A DNA stretch of 22,144 bases from NCBI GenBank assembly GCA_963977445.1, contig CAXBPH010000101.1, forward strand, positions 1 through 22,144, read 5' to 3'. The position numbers and the translations under genes are program-made. This document shows, piece by piece, positions 17,321-22,144 of this stretch. Every line of letters begins with the position of its first letter. The first letter of the stretch is position 1. The stretch is from an uncultured bacterium. Lineage in GTDB: Bacteria > Hydrogenedentota > Hydrogenedentia > Hydrogenedentales > JAEUWI01. Below the pieces are notes generated by a model. It had not been told where the DNA came from. It made no database searches and saw only the letters and a program-made list of their open reading frames with translations.

Positions 17321-18330
17321 GGGGCAAAGGCTCCGTTAAGCAGACCCGTCGTTTCGTCCAAACCAAACATAAGATTCATACACTGCACGGCCATACCGGC
17401 GGTGCCACCCACCAGATTGTCGATGGCACTGGCGATTACGATATTGCCGGTCCGCTTGTCGGTTACCCAACCAAAGTCGACGAAGTTACTACCCCGGACA
17501 TATTGCACTTCCGGAAGCACCCCTTCGCCAAGGACCCGGATGAAGGGCTCGCTTTCGTACGCGGCATAATACCCTGCCAGGTCAAAAGGTTCCGTAGGAC
17601 GAATCACAATCGTGGAATGTATTCCCCGGGTCATGGAGGTGATGTGGGGCGTGTACTGCACGGTCATCTTAAAATCGAGGGCCTGTTCAATTTCCGGGAT
17701 GTGCTGGTGCACCCCCACCTTGTAGGCCTTGAAGTTCTCATTCATCTCTGGAAAATGGAGTGCCGCACTGGGGGTACGCCCCGCCCCGGAGACACCCGAG
17801 ACCGAATTTATAACGATGGGCGCATCATCCAGCGGGGCCGAAAGGAGAGGACGGAGGGGCGTGATGATGCTGATGGGGTAACACCCGGGCACCGCAACGA
17901 GATTGGCTCCGGGAATCTGATCCCGCCAGCCGGGCACGTAACCATAGACCGCTTCATCAAGCAGCTCAGCCGCCGTGTGGGTCTCTTTGTAGTATTCCTT
18001 GAAGAGGTCCGTATTCTTAAGTCGGAAGTCGGCACCAATATCAATGACGCGAACCCCTGCGGCGCGAAGTGCCTGCACGGGGGCCATGGATTCTTTTCCG
18101 GGCACACCGATATAGACGACATCGCATGATGCCGCCAGGGCTTCGGGATCAAACTCGGTAAAGACCAGGTCGGTGAGAGACCGAAACGCGGGCAACTGGC
18201 TATCAAGCCGCTTACCTACGGCGCTGGTCGAGACCACCGCAACCACCTGAACGCCCGGGTGCGGAAGAAGCAGCCGGAGTAGCTCCCGACCGCCATATCC
18301 TGTCGCGCCTATAATGCCAACTCGAATCAT
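17317..18330 (-). CDS. argC: N-acetyl-gamma-glutamyl-phosphate reductase
   Basis: IIGATGYGG, ADFRL, PGCYP, SGVSGAGR, HQHIPEI and IDNLVGGTAGMAVQCMN. Confidence 0.97.
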   Translation of the reverse strand: MIRVGIIGATGYGGRELLRLLLPHPGVQVVAVVSTSAVGKRLDSQLPAFRSLTDLVFTEFDPEALAASCDVVYIGVPGKESMAPVQALRAAGVRVIDIGADFRLKNTDLFKEYYKETHTAAELLDEAVYGYVPGWRDQIPGANLVAVPGCYPISIITPLRPLLSAPLDDAPIVINSVSGVSGAGRTPSAALHFPEMNENFKAYKVGVHQHIPEIEQALDFKMTVQYTPHITSMTRGIHSTIVIRPTEPFDLAGYYAAYESEPFIRVLGEGVLPEVQYVRGSNFVDFGWVTDKRTGNIVIASAIDNLVGGTAGMAVQCMNLMFGLDETTGLLNGAFAP

Positions 18331-18358
18331 AAAAAAACACCTCTATGTAAAGCCCGTA

Positions 18359-18388
18359 ATTATAGGCTGCAACCCCGGAGCCTTTCAA
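18359..18388 (-). promoter_or_regulatory. sigma70-type promoter for argCJB
   Basis: Minus strand TTGAAA-18 nt-TATAAT, 28 nt upstream of the argC ATG, followed by a GAGGTG RBS. Confidence 0.6.
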
Positions 18389-18514
18389 ACGAGCCATGGA
18401 TATGACCAACCCGATAGCTCGCTTTTTCAGGCCCATTCGGCGAAATAAGGACGCCCCTGACCCGACGGATGGAGCCCTTCCCCGGACCGAATACTATGCG
18501 CATTTTCAGCGCCC

Positions 18515-19408
18515 TCAGGGGCGCCAGGTGCTGCCGTCGCCGAATACGGTCATGAAATCGATGGTGTCGCTATGGCAGGACAGCTCAATCAGCTTGGCGC
18601 CCTTGCGCACGTCGTCGCCATAGCCCCCATAGCCCGTGGACCGACCATAGGAAAAAATCACGTCATTCTCTTCGAAATAACAGTCATTCCGATGGCTGTG
18701 CCCGCAAAAACAGGCCCGAACATTGCCCAGCGCCGTTATCAGGTCCGCCCCGGTATCGGCCTCGTCTCCCCAGGAGAGCACGTCCTCCAGGGCAATGCCT
18801 TGGGCGCGCCCTTCGTCAATCGCAGTCTGGTAACGCCGGAGTGGGATGTGGAAAAAGACCAACGCAGGCACCAGGGCACCCCGTTCCTGGTGGAGCGCCT
18901 CGGTACGGTCCCGAAGCCACGCCAGGTCCTTTGGCAATTGCCAACGGCTTCCGGTATTCACAAAAAAGACGTCCCACGCCACCGTGCCGTCGCTACGGGT
19001 GAGGGCGAGGTGACTTTCGCCCCGGGGGGTCATTTTTGGTGCCCCATAGCGGGCCGTAGCCGCCAACAGGGCCTGGGAGGCCGCAAAATCGGCGGTATAG
19101 TCGTGGTTACCCCAGGTAAAGGCCCAGGGCGTCTCCAGGGAAGCGAGAAATTCCAGTTCCCGCGCCATCCACATGGGTGCCGCGTCGGCATGACCATCGC
19201 CGCACCAGATATCACCCGTTACCGCCAGAAAGTGGGGTCGGTGCCGGGCAACCATGGCCCGCACATCCGCACGGGTCCGCTCGTTCTCAAATTCGCTTTG
19301 GTCCGAGTGAAAATCGGTGAGCTGAAGAATTCGAAAAGCATCCGTGTCCGAAAGGGGAAGGACATTCGTCATGGCGTCGTCGTTCATGAAGTCCGTGCTC
19401 CCCGTCAC
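18515..19408 (-). CDS. Calcineurin-like metallophosphoesterase
   Basis: LTDFH, VTGD, WGNHD, FFHIP and CGHSH. GTGA overlap with the upstream gene (alternative ATG at 19387). Confidence 0.88.
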   Translation of the reverse strand: MTGSTDFMNDDAMTNVLPLSDTDAFRILQLTDFHSDQSEFENERTRADVRAMVARHRPHFLAVTGDIWCGDGHADAAPMWMARELEFLASLETPWAFTWGNHDYTADFAASQALLAATARYGAPKMTPRGESHLALTRSDGTVAWDVFFVNTGSRWQLPKDLAWLRDRTEALHQERGALVPALVFFHIPLRRYQTAIDEGRAQGIALEDVLSWGDEADTGADLITALGNVRACFCGHSHRNDCYFEENDVIFSYGRSTGYGGYGDDVRKGAKLIELSCHSDTIDFMTVFGDGSTWRP

Positions 19409-20301
19409 GTCAGGGAGATTTTCCGCCGTTCCAGACCACCGGCCCCACGACGGAGCACGGTTACTTCGTTGATGCCGTGGCCCAGCAGATATTCACGGGC
19501 CTGCGGGATGCCCGCACCCACTTCACCGGCACGGTGGGCATCATCCCCGAAACAACACGCCACGCCCAGATCCCGCGCGGCTTCCAGAAGCCAGGGTGCC
19601 GGATAGGGCGTCGCAAGGCCCTTTCGGTAGGCCGCCGTGTTGATGTCGAGGATTCCACCCTGTTCTTTCGCCAGCGCCAGCACCGCTTTTGCACGGTCCC
19701 GCACGGCCGGGGTCTCCAACGCCGGGTCCTCCCCACCATGGCGACGAACCAGGTCGAGGTGGCCCAACACCTCCGGGCGCAGGGCGACCATCATTTCGGC
19801 CACCGTGTCGTAATAACGAAGGGCCAGTTGCTCCAGCCCCCCACACGCCGCGACGGCGTCGTCGAACCACGCGCGGGTGTAGTCGATAATAATGCCATCG
19901 ACCCAATGGACGGAGCCTACGATATAGTCGAGTTCGTAGCGCTCCCGAAAACCCTGCATCACAGACGCGTAACGGTCCACGGGCACCACTTCGATTTCGA
20001 ATCCTACCAGCAATTCAATCTGGTCGGCATAGGCCGCCTGTAATCGGCGCCCTTCCACCACGTAGTCGGCGAAGAGTTTTTCGAGGTGGGTCACATCCCA
20101 ACCCATGGCCTTTTCTTCGGCGTACACCAATTCCGGGTCGAGCCGGGGGGCATGTTCGCTTAGGCCATAGGTCGACATGCCCTGGGCAACCGCACGTTGG
20201 ACAAGTGCTTCCAGGGCACCTTCGGCGTGGTCGCAATAGGCACCGGAGTGGCCGCCGTGGAGGGAAACCATCCAGGGGCTATCGGCTGGGTCGTGGGACA
20301 T
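19405..20301 (-). CDS. PHP-family histidinol-phosphatase (HisJ/HisK type)
   Basis: SLHGGHSGAYCDHA, LSEHAP, VGFEIE, DYIVGSVH, GHLDL, INTAAYRKG, PYP and GDDAH. Confidence 0.85.
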   Translation of the reverse strand: MSHDPADSPWMVSLHGGHSGAYCDHAEGALEALVQRAVAQGMSTYGLSEHAPRLDPELVYAEEKAMGWDVTHLEKLFADYVVEGRRLQAAYADQIELLVGFEIEVVPVDRYASVMQGFRERYELDYIVGSVHWVDGIIIDYTRAWFDDAVAACGGLEQLALRYYDTVAEMMVALRPEVLGHLDLVRRHGGEDPALETPAVRDRAKAVLALAKEQGGILDINTAAYRKGLATPYPAPWLLEAARDLGVACCFGDDAHRAGEVGAGIPQAREYLLGHGINEVTVLRRGAGGLERRKISLT

Positions 20302-20471
20302 GAAAACTACTTTCGTTGAATTGGAGGAGCTCTTGTCTCACAAGCTTACTAAAGTGAACGACCTCCACCCAAGGTCGGGGAAAACGTTACCAACTCCACG
20401 GGCGACTTCCCCCGCATCCCAATGTTATGCTGACCCCGGTCAATCTGAAACACGAATTGGAGCAAAAAATC

Positions 20472-20924
20472 ATGTCAACACACCACGCCACCATTGCCTG
20501 GACCCGTAGCACCGACGATTTTGTCTACGACACCTACAGCCGTGATCACACCATTGCCTTCCCCAACGGCCAGCAGCTCAACGCTTCCGCCGCACCGGAA
20601 TACGTGGGGAATGCTGCGTGCGTGGATCCAGAAGAGTCCCTCATTGCGGCCCTGTCGAGCTGCCACATGCTGACCTTCCTCGCCATCGCCGCGAAAAAGC
20701 GTTATGTCGTCGACAGCTACGAGGACGCTGCCACGGGGCATCTGGACAAAAACGCCGCGGGCAAATTCGCCATCACCCGCATCGAGCTTCGTCCGAAAAT
20801 AACCTTCAGCGGAGAACGGCAACCCGATGCCGAGGCGATTGCGGCGCTCCACGACAAATCCCATGAACATTGCTTCATCGCCAACTCCATCACCGCCGAA
20901 GTTGTCGTCCTGCCCGCGAAATAG
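20472..20924 (+). CDS. OsmC/Ohr family protein
   Basis: YSRDH, DPEESLIAALSSCHMLTFL and HEHCFIANS. GGAG RBS before ATG 20472. Confidence 0.9.
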   Translation: MSTHHATIAWTRSTDDFVYDTYSRDHTIAFPNGQQLNASAAPEYVGNAACVDPEESLIAALSSCHMLTFLAIAAKKRYVVDSYEDAATGHLDKNAAGKFAITRIELRPKITFSGERQPDAEAIAALHDKSHEHCFIANSITAEVVVLPAK

Positions 20925-21047
20925 GGCTGCCCGAAATGAACATCGATTCGGCTTCAGAAAAGAAACTGTACCGTATTGACCCCATAGACAGGCCCTGTTA
21001 GCATTGAGGCCAACCAAGCACCACTCACCAACGAAGGAGCAAATTTC

Positions 21048-21935
21048 ATGTTGTCCGCAATACTTTTCGGTGTCGCAGCCGTCGCCCTGGGCGGCCTTCA
21101 CGACCCGGCCACCGTTACTTCCCTGACCACCGGCTACAAATTTACCGAAGGGCCCATTTGGCTCGCCGATGGCACCCTGCTGTTTTCCGACATCCCCGCC
21201 AATCGCATTTACACCGGCACCGGAAAAGTTTTCCGTGAACCAACCGGCAATTCCAACGGGCTGACCCTGGACCACGAAGGCAGGCTCATCGCAGCCGAAC
21301 ACACGGGGCGTCGTATTTCCCGCACGGAAAAAGACGGCACCATAACCGTCATCGCCGACCAGTATGATGGCAAAAAGCTGAACAGCCCGAACGATGTGGT
21401 GGTCCGCAGTGACGGCGTCATGTTTTTCACCGACCCGCCCTATGGCCTGGAAGGGGGCATTGAGAATTCGGCGCTCGGCTTCAGCGGTACCTATGGCGTC
21501 GATCCCAAAACGGGCACGGTAACCCTCGTAAGCAAAGATTTCGTCAAGCCCAATGGCCTGTGCCTCTCCCCCGATGAGAAAACTCTCTACGTGGCCGACA
21601 CGGAAGGTGCCCATGAAGCCTCTGACATTCTTGGCGACATCATGGCCTACACCCTGGGCGAAGACGGCACTTACGGCAACGGACGCCTGCTCTGCCACCT
21701 CCCAAAACCCGACGGCATCAAGGTGGACGTGAAGGGCAATATCTGGGCCACCTGTAAGGAAGGGGTGAATGTCTACAGCCCCGATGGCAAACTGCTGGAA
21801 TCGGTAAAGGTCCCCGAAGAGCCCAAGAATTGTAGCTTCGGCGGTGAAGACGGAAAGACCCTCTACATCACCGCACTCACCAGCGTATACACGGTGCAAT
21901 GCAATGTGGAAGGCGTCTACCCCGCGAAGAAATAA
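21048..21935 (+). CDS. SMP-30/gluconolactonase/LRE family protein, probably secreted
   Basis: FTEGPIW, FSDIP, SNGL, LNSPND, FTDPPYG, PNGLCLSPDEKTLYVADT and PDGIKVD. Short signal peptide and AAGGAG RBS. Confidence 0.92.
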   Translation: MLSAILFGVAAVALGGLHDPATVTSLTTGYKFTEGPIWLADGTLLFSDIPANRIYTGTGKVFREPTGNSNGLTLDHEGRLIAAEHTGRRISRTEKDGTITVIADQYDGKKLNSPNDVVVRSDGVMFFTDPPYGLEGGIENSALGFSGTYGVDPKTGTVTLVSKDFVKPNGLCLSPDEKTLYVADTEGAHEASDILGDIMAYTLGEDGTYGNGRLLCHLPKPDGIKVDVKGNIWATCKEGVNVYSPDGKLLESVKVPEEPKNCSFGGEDGKTLYITALTSVYTVQCNVEGVYPAKK

Positions 21936-21962
21936 AAGTACATCCCAAAAAAACATTTTCCC

Positions 21963-21995
21963 GGAGGGGGGACTTTCGAGTCCCTCCTTTTCTTT
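21963..21995 (+). terminator. Rho-independent terminator
   Basis: AGGGGGGACT-TTCG-AGTCCCTCCT followed by TTTCTTT. Confidence 0.8.
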
Positions 21996-22144
21996 GCTTC
22001 AAGTGGATAGGTCTCTGGGTACAGTTACCGATTGATTGACAACCCGATTCCAATACATCACGACCCGCTGCAATCGAAAACTGTCCCCGTCATAGGGCTC
22101 AACCTCAATAAAAACCAGTCATCGAATTCGGAATTAAACGAAGT

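Overview
GC-rich diderm bacterial chromosomal window. The gene style suggests a PVC-adjacent lineage such as Candidatus Hydrogenedentota; this is inference only. Bases 6.4-22 kb are mostly housekeeping: bamD-lptE-holA plus a Zn-ribbon protein, ilvC, a PP2C phosphatase, a minus-strand block (HisJ-type PHP phosphatase, metallophosphoesterase, argC-argJ-argB, exbB, exbD, a TonB-like gene and a small membrane Zn-ribbon gene), an OsmC-family gene and a gluconolactonase. Bases 1-6 kb look more plastic. Two paralogous Tat-exported Gfo/Idh/MocA oxidoreductases flank an FMN-binding glutamate synthase-family gene, an ECF sigma-factor pseudogene with an in-frame TAG and no region 4, and an unexplained non-coding element at ~4247-4527. 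That element has two 88-nt direct repeats with 4 mismatches, a degenerate third copy and a REP-like palindrome. It and the translationally coupled Ton-like four-gene module behind argB are the best leads. No rRNA, tRNA, CRISPR array or transposase was seen.
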